From Bacteroidales bacterium (GTDB taxonomy: Bacteria > Bacteroidota > Bacteroidia > Bacteroidales > GCA-2748055): a DNA stretch of 64,000 nt. This document shows, one piece after another, positions 10,501 to 18,433 of the stretch; the stretch's first letter is position 1; every line of letters begins with the position of its first letter. The position numbers and the translations under genes were made by a program. Location of the stretch: positions 83 through 64,082 of the forward strand of contig DAOVIO010000009.1 in the NCBI GenBank assembly GCA_030673645.1, given 5' to 3'. The notes under the pieces were generated by a model. It had not been told where the DNA came from, did not search any database, and saw nothing but the letters and a program-made list of their open reading frames with translations.

Positions 10501-11972
10501 GATATTCATTATCAGATAAGGTCCAGATTTCTAATAATAATTTTCTATTCGAGGATATAGGTCTTGTGGATGAATATGCTAATGAAGGAAAATTAAATGG
10601 AATTATTACCAGCCGGAATCTTAAAGATTATAATCTAAACCTGAATTTTGAGACCGAAAACTTCTCATTCCTTAATACAAATGAATTTGATAATCAAATG
10701 TTTTACGGAAAAGTATTTGCTGGAGGAATCATAAATTTTTCAGGTCCTCCAAAGAATTTGTTCATGGATATAAATGCCCGTTCAGAAAGGAATTCGGTAT
10801 TTTATATTCCTCTATTTGGAGCTGAAGAAGTAAATGAATCTGATTTTATTCAATTTGTTAATTCCTCAGATATTACAAAAGAAATTGATGATGAAAATGG
10901 TAATTATGAGGTGCAAATGCAAGGGCTTACAATGGATTTCAATCTTGAAATTACTCCAGAGGCTGAAGTCCAATTAATTTTTGATCCAAAAGTTGGAGAT
11001 ATACTCCGCGGAAGGGGAAATGGGAATCTGAATCTATCTATAAGTACACTTGGGAAGTTTGAGATTTATGGAGATCTGATTATTGAAGAAGGAGACTATC
11101 TTTTCACACTTCAAAATATTATTAATAAAAGGTTCAAAGTAAACCAGGGAGGAAGTATTATTTGGAACGGAGACCCTGCAGATGCTTCAATTGATTTGCA
11201 GGCAATATATTCATTGTCTACTTCAGTTTATGAGCTTTCCCCTGAACCGCAGGAGGAACTTAAAAAAAGAATACCTGTTGAATGTCATATTCTAATGACA
11301 GACAAATTAATGAGTCCTACTATTAAAACAGATATAATATTACCTACTGCCGATCAGGAAACCAGAAATATAGTTAGTAACAGTATCAATACTGAAGAAG
11401 AATTAACAAAACAATTCTTATCCTTGCTGATAATTAATAGCTTTTATTCTGAGACATCAGACAGACTTACTGGCGACTATAATGCAGCCAATGTTGCAGG
11501 AACAGCAGCTAGTGAACTATTCTCAAATCAATTAAGTAATTGGTTATCCCAGATTAGTAACGATTTTGATCTTGGCCTTAATTATAGAAGAGGTGATGAA
11601 ATTTCTTCAAATGAATTAGAGGTTGCACTTAGCACCCAGATTTTAAATGACAGAGTTACAATTAATGGTAACCTCGATGTTGGTGCAGACCAGACAGAAC
11701 AATTTTTGGGAGCACCCAATACGAACAATATTGTTGGGGACTTCGATATAGATTTCAAATTAACTAATAACGGTAAAGTACATGTGAAAGCCTTTAACCG
11801 TGCAAATGACAACTTGCTACTTCAAACATCTCCATATACTCAGGGTTTTGGTATCTTTTATCGTGAAGACTTCAATAGTCTTGAAGATTTAATGCAAAGA
11901 TATAGGGACGCTATTCGGAGGCTTTTTACGAAAAAGGATGTCGGATTAGACGAGGAGGAAGTAAAAGGGTAA
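7557..11972 (+). CDS. TamB-like translocation and assembly module protein (DUF490 C-terminus)
   Basis: 1471 aa with a long beta-rich body. The C-terminal segment (LNYRRGDEISSNELEVALSTQILNDRVTINGNLDVG...KAFNRANDN) is typical of Bacteroidota TamB. The true start is probably upstream of 7557 (see finding at 7494-7559). Confidence 0.85.
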   Translation: MPATAILFLQNNKIQSYLTNFLTIELGEKLDTYISIDNVSVTFINRFLIQDFYIEDQFGDTLLYAKKAKLIFSKFNRSKNIAIVKRLDFTEADIHIRKDTTGINNLKFIIDALKNQNKTRNGERLNLSFESIGFNNSVVNIKTPEKRKLKGDLDLHNLRLFNFESQLSNIHFSGDTVNFMLRKMNFIESSGLEMTRMRAAVSISKRHIKCSNVFLETNHSEISANNISMSFSALSDFENFTEKINLNLNFRSSYFGLTDLGYFSPIFKNINERVLVTGLISGRINDLSGEKIFLASKNYSGFKGGFNIIGLPNIDETFMHFDIDHFQTHLSDIEDINFINNYSLAVPERLEGLGEIRYTGKFTGYLDDFVAYGMLETDIGKVSTDIQITPSSNGGLSFEGKVKTQSLAIGQLIKENNLFGNLSMSAMVDGSIEKANISANLIGIIDSLDFYNYIYRDIKLSGYLSNRIFDGSFSLDDPNIKLDFMGKVDFADDIPVFDFTADVIRVRPYYLNINKSDPSYFASFLLTSNFSGLEPDNINGEVKLINSFFQRSEEQLQIYDFSIIAENSPDSSGLIIRSDILDADICGKYRFSTLYQSFTGLANHYLPSLSQDSMDIAMSVDQNKFEYNIRLKSANRVIRFFTRNFEIGNNSVISGNYDAESFSTLFDANFPMAGLKDKKWENIRLNAISDSLNYSFNALADNFQINDELSLENIELKSIVANDSLSLQLNWKNSDTVQYVGDIDMLACLSNNDQSNNLIFDLELLPSYIIFSDTVWDMPNSFLHVDSTSIQIDSFSLNNKNQGFLLNGAITENKQDRLDLLVENFQISTLNNFSKSEKLYFEGITTGIASLSSAYSQPIVMTDLSINSLEINKENLGNALLQASWDNLSKSVQFLASSIKGNSKILHLQGFYNPSNKNIGFDIDFDKISLSTFEPLTKKLVSDVKGLGSGTLRLEGEMNKPVLNGEIDLFKTSFYVNYLKTRYSLSDKVQISNNNFLFEDIGLVDEYANEGKLNGIITSRNLKDYNLNLNFETENFSFLNTNEFDNQMFYGKVFAGGIINFSGPPKNLFMDINARSERNSVFYIPLFGAEEVNESDFIQFVNSSDITKEIDDENGNYEVQMQGLTMDFNLEITPEAEVQLIFDPKVGDILRGRGNGNLNLSISTLGKFEIYGDLIIEEGDYLFTLQNIINKRFKVNQGGSIIWNGDPADASIDLQAIYSLSTSVYELSPEPQEELKKRIPVECHILMTDKLMSPTIKTDIILPTADQETRNIVSNSINTEEELTKQFLSLLIINSFYSETSDRLTGDYNAANVAGTAASELFSNQLSNWLSQISNDFDLGLNYRRGDEISSNELEVALSTQILNDRVTINGNLDVGADQTEQFLGAPNTNNIVGDFDIDFKLTNNGKVHVKAFNRANDNLLLQTSPYTQGFGIFYREDFNSLEDLMQRYRDAIRRLFTKKDVGLDEEEVKG

Positions 11973-13464
11973 AAGCTTTCCCCAAATTTTCAATTACATC
12001 GCTTGGAAGTAATGATTCCTGGCTTTGGTTCTTAAGAGCAAGATCCGCCGCTAGTCCATGCAGATATACACCAAGGATTGCCGCATCAGATGGTTTGTAA
12101 TTTTGAGCCAATAATGCAGTAATTAATCCGGTTAGAACATCACCACTACCACCAGTTGCAAGCCCTGAATTACCGGTTGAGTTAATAAATGAACTGCCGT
12201 CCTGCAGACTTATTATTGTATATCTTCCTTTTAAAATAATGATTATTCCATATTTTCTCGAAAGTTCAACTTGCTTTTCATGTCTTTCATAATCATTAGC
12301 TGACTTCCCTGCAAGTCTGTCAAATTCGCCAGGATGCGGACTAAGAATTGTTTGTGGAGACAAATTATTTAGGGTTTGCTTATTATCCGATAGAATATTT
12401 ATTGCATCTGCATCAATTATCATGGGAAGCCTGGTATTTGAGAGAAGTCTTAAAACTCCCTTTGAAGTGTTGGATTTAGTATTTAGTCCAGGCCCTATCC
12501 CAATTGCATTAAATTTTTCAGTAAGTTCAACTTCGGTAAATATTATATCTGATTGATCAATTGAGATTAATGCTTCTGGAAGTGAACTTTGCATAATATC
12601 ATAACCAAAACGAGGCAGATGTGAAGTTACCAGTCCCACTCCGCCTCTTAAACACGCCTTTACTGCCAGAACCGCTGCTCCCATCATTCCGTAGCTACCA
12701 GCAACAATCAAAGCATGTCCATAATTTCCTTTATGTGAAAAACTATCTCTGTCCTTCAATAGACCTCTGGCAAAATCTTTACTCACCAAAAAATGGGCAG
12801 ACTTAGTATCCTTAACAACACCCTTATGAATTCCAATTGGGATGACTTTCCAATTTCCTACAAAAGACTTATTTTCATAAAAGAAGAAAGACAAAAAAGG
12901 AAATTCAAATGTGATTGTATAATCAGCTTTTATTATTGCTTCATGATTATTTTTGCGATTATCCTGTCCAAAAAGTCCTGATGGAATATCGACAGAAATG
13001 ACCTCTGTAACCGACTTATTTATGTTCTTAATAATTTCAGCAGGAAAACCATTTACCGGACGACTAAGTCCAGAGCCAAAAATTGCATCGATAATCCTAA
13101 CCCCTTTTTTAAGTTTGGGTATCGGACTTGACTCTGTCACTACAGAATAATTACTATTTGTACCGGACTTTAATCGTTTAATATTCGTCTCACAATCTGA
13201 TGATAATTTCCCATTTAATTTTATTAAATAAACTGAGACAAGAAAATTTCTGCTTCTGAGAATTCTGGCAATAGCTAATCCATCTCCACCATTATTTCCC
13301 GGGCCGGCAAAAACAATTACTTCCTTTGAAATATCAAATTTCCTGCAGAACCAATTTGAAAAACTCACAGAAGCCCTCTCCATCAGGTCAATAGAAGAGA
13401 TAGGTTCGTGTTCAATTGTATAGGCATCAATTTCCCTTACTTGTTCAGAATGGAAGATTTTCAT
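11926..13464 (-). CDS. nnr: Bifunctional NAD(P)H-hydrate repair enzyme (epimerase / ADP-dependent dehydratase)
   Basis: N-terminal YjeF_N motif FAGPGNNGGDGLAIAR and C-terminal kinase-fold motif GGSGDVLTG; 512 aa. Confidence 0.9.
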   Translation of the reverse strand: MKIFHSEQVREIDAYTIEHEPISSIDLMERASVSFSNWFCRKFDISKEVIVFAGPGNNGGDGLAIARILRSRNFLVSVYLIKLNGKLSSDCETNIKRLKSGTNSNYSVVTESSPIPKLKKGVRIIDAIFGSGLSRPVNGFPAEIIKNINKSVTEVISVDIPSGLFGQDNRKNNHEAIIKADYTITFEFPFLSFFFYENKSFVGNWKVIPIGIHKGVVKDTKSAHFLVSKDFARGLLKDRDSFSHKGNYGHALIVAGSYGMMGAAVLAVKACLRGGVGLVTSHLPRFGYDIMQSSLPEALISIDQSDIIFTEVELTEKFNAIGIGPGLNTKSNTSKGVLRLLSNTRLPMIIDADAINILSDNKQTLNNLSPQTILSPHPGEFDRLAGKSANDYERHEKQVELSRKYGIIIILKGRYTIISLQDGSSFINSTGNSGLATGGSGDVLTGLITALLAQNYKPSDAAILGVYLHGLAADLALKNQSQESLLPSDVIENLGKAFTLLLPPRLIRHPFS

Positions 13465-13601
13465 AAATCAAGTCTTTTATAAGCTTAGAATGCTTCAATT
13501 TCCATACTAAGTTATGAATTTTTGTTCTGATCAGAGAATAATATAGAAGCAAAAACCTGAGAGACTCAATAGAAAAGGCGCATGACCGTGCACCTCAACA
13601 G

Positions 13602-13703
13602 AGCACCAGCACACCAGCACATCAGCACACCAGCACACCATCACATCAGCACATTAGCACACCAGCACACCATCACATCAGCACATTAGCACACCAGCAC
13701 ACT
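13602..13703. repeat. Tandem array of 12 octamers (AGCACAYY) with an exact 32-bp higher-order duplication
   Basis: Read directly. Units run from 13608: agcacacc, agcacatc, agcacacc, agcacacc, atcacatc, agcacatt, agcacacc, agcacacc, atcacatc, agcacatt, agcacacc, agcacact. Positions 13632-13663 are repeated exactly at 13664-13695. Confidence 0.95.
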
Positions 13704-13751
13704 ATTTCCCCTTTCTTTTCTATAACACATAAATCATTATTAAAAAAGTTC

Positions 13752-13759
13752 TATATTTG
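13752..13759 (+). promoter_or_regulatory. Bacteroidota-type -7 promoter box TATATTTG for the peptide transporter
   Basis: Exact match to TAnnTTTG, 39 nt before the ATG at 13799. No clear -33 TTTG is present. Confidence 0.45.
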
Positions 13760-13798
13760 AGGCTATTTTTTACGAAAATTATAACTAAAACTTAGATT

Positions 13799-15607
13799 AT
13801 GCTCAAAGATCATCCTAAAGGTTTACTCGTTGCCTTTTTTACTAATATGGGAGAGAGATTTGGTTTCTACACCATGATGGCCATACTTGTACTGTTTTTG
13901 CAGGCTAAATTTGGTCTGAACGAAAATGCTGCCGGCGGTATTTACAGTTGGTTTTATTTCGCTATATATGCACTTGCCCTACTTGGCGGTATAATTGCAG
14001 ACGCTACAAAGAAATACAAATTCATTATTTTGCTTGGACAGGTAGTTATGTTTGGTGGATACGCATTGCTTGTCCTACCTGGTCTTAGCTTAACAATTAC
14101 GGTTGTTGGACTAATGACAATTGCTCTGGGTAATGGCTTTTTTAAGGGTAACCTGCAGGCTGTTGTTGGTCAAATGTATGATGAGCCTAAATATGCAAAA
14201 GTTAGAGATACTGCTTACCTTCTGTTTTATATGGGTATCAATATTGGCGCCTTTTTTGCTCCTTTTGCAGCAACTGGTGTCAGAAACTGGTGGCTTAAGT
14301 CTAATGGGTTCCTTCATGATGGTAGTATACCGGCCCTATGTCATCAGTATGACAATGGTACCTTACAGGATCCAGGACAATTGCAAACATTAGCAGATCA
14401 GGTTAGCCTAAACGGGCCTGTAACAGATTTATCGGCATTTACAGAATCATATCTTAGCAGTTTTGCAGTTGGTTACAATTATGCCTTTGGAATTGCAGCA
14501 GCAGCAATGGTATTGTCACTGATAGTATATCTTATATTTAATAAGCACCTTCCAACCAGAGAAAAACAGGCTGATGAGCAAACTATCACTCTCTCAGAGA
14601 AGCCAATGGCTTTACCTGTAGCTCTTGGTGCTGCTGTTATTACAGCTTTTCTTATCAGTCTTGTAAAAGACTTCGCAACCGGTATGGCATTTGCTCTTTT
14701 TGCTGGTTTTGTTACCTGGATTATTATGATATCTAAAAAAGAAGAGAAATCGAGAGTTATTGCTCTTATTCTGGTGTTCTTCGTAGTAATATTCTTTTGG
14801 ATGTCATTCCACCAGAACGGTTTAACTTTAACCTTCTTTGCAAGAGACTATACGGCCAAAGCGGTTCCTCCTTTTACTTTTATGTTTTTCACACTTGAAA
14901 ACATTTTATCTGTACTTGCATTTCTTTCAGGTCTATTTATTTTAGCAGGAAGGAAACGAACTCTGAACGCCAGACTTATTGGTGGTGCTCTAATGGTAGC
15001 TGGTGGAACAGCTGCTTATTTCTATTATAATGCCGCTGATGCTCAGAACCCTATTTCACCTGAAGTATTCCAATCATTTAACCCTCTCTTTATAGTCTCT
15101 CTCACTTTTGTGGTTATGGGAGTATTTTCCTGGCTTAACAAAAAAGGAATAGAACCTTCAACTCCAAAGAAAATTGGTATTGGGATGATTATAGCAGCAC
15201 TAGGATTTTTAGTTATTCTGGTTGCCTCCTTAAATCTTGTCTCACCACACGAGCTTAAAGTAGTTGATGAAGCAGGAGTAGTAAAATATAATCCGGTTCC
15301 CGATTCATCTCGCGTTATGCCATATTGGTTAATGTCATCCTACCTGATTCTTACTATTGCTGAACTTTTCCTAAGCCCTATGGGACTTTCATTTGTTTCA
15401 AAAGTCGCTCCGGTTAGATTCCAGGGAGTAATGCAAGGTGGATGGTTACTTGCAACGGCCGTTGGAAATAAATTATTATTTATTGGGAGTGCCTTCTGGG
15501 GTAAGCTTGATCTGTGGCAACTGTGGCTGATATTTATAGTATGTAGCTTGCTTGCTGCTGCATTTATTTTCTCGATTATCAAGAGACTTGAAAAAGCAAG
15601 CGAATAG
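13799..15607 (+). CDS. Proton-dependent oligopeptide transporter (POT/PTR2 family MFS, DtpT-like)
   Basis: N-terminal ExxERFxYY-type motif (MGERFGFYTMMAILVLFL), about 14 predicted TM helices, 602 aa. Confidence 0.9.
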   Translation: MLKDHPKGLLVAFFTNMGERFGFYTMMAILVLFLQAKFGLNENAAGGIYSWFYFAIYALALLGGIIADATKKYKFIILLGQVVMFGGYALLVLPGLSLTITVVGLMTIALGNGFFKGNLQAVVGQMYDEPKYAKVRDTAYLLFYMGINIGAFFAPFAATGVRNWWLKSNGFLHDGSIPALCHQYDNGTLQDPGQLQTLADQVSLNGPVTDLSAFTESYLSSFAVGYNYAFGIAAAAMVLSLIVYLIFNKHLPTREKQADEQTITLSEKPMALPVALGAAVITAFLISLVKDFATGMAFALFAGFVTWIIMISKKEEKSRVIALILVFFVVIFFWMSFHQNGLTLTFFARDYTAKAVPPFTFMFFTLENILSVLAFLSGLFILAGRKRTLNARLIGGALMVAGGTAAYFYYNAADAQNPISPEVFQSFNPLFIVSLTFVVMGVFSWLNKKGIEPSTPKKIGIGMIIAALGFLVILVASLNLVSPHELKVVDEAGVVKYNPVPDSSRVMPYWLMSSYLILTIAELFLSPMGLSFVSKVAPVRFQGVMQGGWLLATAVGNKLLFIGSAFWGKLDLWQLWLIFIVCSLLAAAFIFSIIKRLEKASE

Positions 15608-15653
15608 ATTCTAATAATTTGCGTGTTATTTTCAACTAGATTGCTTTAAATAT

Positions 15654-15688
15654 AGCTCTTGAAATTAAGTTCTCAAGAGCTTTTTTTT
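15654..15688 (+). terminator. Rho-independent terminator of the POT transporter gene
   Basis: agctcttga-N10-tcaagagct (9-bp stem) followed by T8, 47 nt after the stop codon. Confidence 0.8.
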
Positions 15689-15841
15689 ATCTATATTTTC
15701 ATATAACTTAAAATCATAATTTCATTTCTTTTTCAAAACGTGTGTCCAAATTTTATATAAAAAGCTTTCGAGCACTCTTCGAGGAATCCTATATTGTTTT
15801 TTATGATTAAATAATTTACATTTACAACTACCAAATAAATC

Positions 15842-18232
15842 ATGTCAATGTTCAGGATTTTTAGGCTATCCATAATATTATTGCTGTTATCTATTAATCT
15901 TAGTGGTCAGGATAAACCCATGTCAGACTCTTTATTGATTGTAATTGAAAACACACCGGATAGTTTAAAAACCACTACTCTTTTTGATTGGGCTATTGCA
16001 AGTGCAAGGAAAAGAGAATTAAAAGATGCCGTTAATTATGCTAATCTGGCACTCGAATCTGGTCTTGAACGCAAAGAAAATATTATTACTGCAAAAATAT
16101 ATGATTTTTTAGGTTCATTATATGCACGACAGGATACAGAAAAATCTTTCGAGTATTTTGAAAAACAAGTCGAGATTCTTAGATTATGTTCCGACAGTGT
16201 AAAATTGATTAATAGCATGAATAGCCTTGCTGAGAGGCTCAGTACTACAAACCCTACCAGATCACTTGAACTTGCTAATGAAGGACTTGAAATAGGAATT
16301 ATTCTTAATAATAAGAAAACACAAGCGATATCGCTTGGTGCAATTGGTATAGTTTTTTATTATACAGGAGAATACGCAGAAGCTTTAAAATCGTGGGAAT
16401 CGGCATTAACCATACAAGAAGAATTGGGTAATCAAAAGGAAATTGGAACCATGCTGACCAATATTGGAGTGATATACAAAAATTGGGGAGATTTTCAGAA
16501 AGCGACGGACTATTATCAGAGAAATTTAGACTTGCAAGTAGAATTGGGTGATACACTTCAAATGGCAAGAGCCTTAAGTAATATGGGCAATATATATTAT
16601 TATGTTGGCGTAGATTACAGCAAAGCACTTGACTTTTACTCTCAGAGTCTTGATTATTTTAAAATTCTTGGTCGAAAAATTGATGCGGCAAGTAATTATA
16701 ATAATATAGGACTAGTACATAGAGAGCTGAAGGATTATGGTGAGGCTCTAGTAAATTTCAGGAATGCTCTAAGATTGTTTGAATCCATAAATTATAAACC
16801 CGGAATTGCTTCTGCTCAAAATCATATGGGCAATATTTACCTTGAAGGAGGAAATTTTGAAGATGCATTGATGTATTCCCAAAATGCACTTAAAATTAAT
16901 CGCGAGATTGGAAACAGAAAGGAAATGGCGTCTAATCTTAGAGATATTGGAAAAGTATATTCAAAGTGGGGGAAATATCACGAAGCTTTGCCCTTTTTTA
17001 ATCAAAGTCTGCAAATCAATAAAGAATTAGGTCACAAGGTAGAAGTATTCGAGATATATAAAGATATCTCTCTTGTTAATGAAGAACAGGGTCAATACCA
17101 GACAGCTCTGAAAAATTTCAAATATTATAATGTACTTAAAGATTCAACTATCTCTGAAGAATACCTGGAGCAAATATCAGAACTGGAAGCAAAGTACGAA
17201 AGCGATAGAAAAGAAAAAGAACTGGAAATTCAGCGATCTCAACTTGCAGAACAAGAAGCGGAAGCTTTAGCCAGAGATGCTGAAATAATGAGGGTTGAAG
17301 CAGAGAACCGAAGACAAAGAGTACTATTAATATCAGTCGTATTCGGACTTTTTGTAGTTGTGATCTTTTCAATATTATTTTATAGAGAATATAAGGAAAA
17401 ACAAAAAGCCAACATACTTCTTGAAGAGCAGAATATGGAGATTAAGCATCAGCGCGACCAGATTATGCAGCAAAAGCAAGAAATTACAGATAGTATATTG
17501 TATGCAAGCCGAATTCAAACTGCTATTCTTCCTCCTGATGCTATTCTTAAAAAGAGTATCAAAGATCATTTTATTCTTTATATGCCTCGTGACATTGTTT
17601 CAGGCGATTATTATTGGATGACAGAAGTAGATGGTAAAACTGTTGTTGTGGCAGCCGATTGCACAGGTCATGGAGTTCCAGGTGCATTCTTGAGTATGTT
17701 AGGTGTTACATTTTTAAATGAAATTGTAATTAAAAATAAAATTACACAGGCAAATGAAATTCTTAATGAATTAAGAAGAAATGTAGTCGCTTCTCTTCAT
17801 CAAACAGGCGAGGAAGGAGAAGCCCAGGACGGAATGGATATAGCTGTAATTGTTATTAATCATGAAATCCAAAAACTTGAATATGCTGGAGCATATAATC
17901 CTTTGTACATAATTAGAAAAAAAGAACTTATTGAATATAAAGCTGACAAAATGCCAATTGGAATTCACTTTATGAAAAAAGATCCTTTCAAAAATAATAT
18001 TATTGATTTCCATAAAGATGACTGCTTATATATCTTTTCTGATGGCTATATGGATCAGTTTGGTGGAGAAAAAGGAAAAAAGTTCATGGCTAAAAAATTT
18101 AAAAATCTAATTCTGGATATCCACCATATGAATTTCTCTGATCAGGCTGCAACCCTTTTAGGCAAATTCATTAAATGGAGAGGAGATATTGAGCAAGTTG
18201 ATGATGTTATCATCATTGGATTAAAACTCTAA
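15842..18232 (+). CDS. Receptor-type PP2C/SpoIIE serine phosphatase with N-terminal signal peptide, TPR array, coiled coil and one TM helix
   Basis: Signal peptide LSIILLLLSINLSGQ, and about 9 TPR-like units (repeating ...A..Y..AL.I....G......LNNIG.VY...). A TM helix follows (VLLISVVFGLFVVVIFSILFY). PP2C motifs are SGDYYW, AADCTGHGVPGA, DGMD and SDGYMDQFGG. Confidence 0.85.
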   Translation: MSMFRIFRLSIILLLLSINLSGQDKPMSDSLLIVIENTPDSLKTTTLFDWAIASARKRELKDAVNYANLALESGLERKENIITAKIYDFLGSLYARQDTEKSFEYFEKQVEILRLCSDSVKLINSMNSLAERLSTTNPTRSLELANEGLEIGIILNNKKTQAISLGAIGIVFYYTGEYAEALKSWESALTIQEELGNQKEIGTMLTNIGVIYKNWGDFQKATDYYQRNLDLQVELGDTLQMARALSNMGNIYYYVGVDYSKALDFYSQSLDYFKILGRKIDAASNYNNIGLVHRELKDYGEALVNFRNALRLFESINYKPGIASAQNHMGNIYLEGGNFEDALMYSQNALKINREIGNRKEMASNLRDIGKVYSKWGKYHEALPFFNQSLQINKELGHKVEVFEIYKDISLVNEEQGQYQTALKNFKYYNVLKDSTISEEYLEQISELEAKYESDRKEKELEIQRSQLAEQEAEALARDAEIMRVEAENRRQRVLLISVVFGLFVVVIFSILFYREYKEKQKANILLEEQNMEIKHQRDQIMQQKQEITDSILYASRIQTAILPPDAILKKSIKDHFILYMPRDIVSGDYYWMTEVDGKTVVVAADCTGHGVPGAFLSMLGVTFLNEIVIKNKITQANEILNELRRNVVASLHQTGEEGEAQDGMDIAVIVINHEIQKLEYAGAYNPLYIIRKKELIEYKADKMPIGIHFMKKDPFKNNIIDFHKDDCLYIFSDGYMDQFGGEKGKKFMAKKFKNLILDIHHMNFSDQAATLLGKFIKWRGDIEQVDDVIIIGLKL

Positions 18233-18433
18233 TAACCATTTTTAGACCTTCTGTCAAAAAATGTTAAAGTTAAACTTTCGCGAATAATTTGTTGATTAAC
18301 AAATTTTTATAACCTAATTTGTCAACTTAATATGTCAATTCAATAATAATTTATTGACATTTATTAATAATAACAGTAACTTATCCCGCAGTATTCCGTA
18401 AAATATTATTTAGTAACCAAAAACATAAATGAT

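Noticed and set aside
13602-13703. I considered whether the octamer array could be a CRISPR array or coding repeats.
   Set aside because: The units are only 8 bp with no spacers, so this is not CRISPR. There is no ORF of 60 aa or more on either strand, and the plus frame I translated by eye hits a stop within the tract. I kept it as a non-coding tandem repeat.
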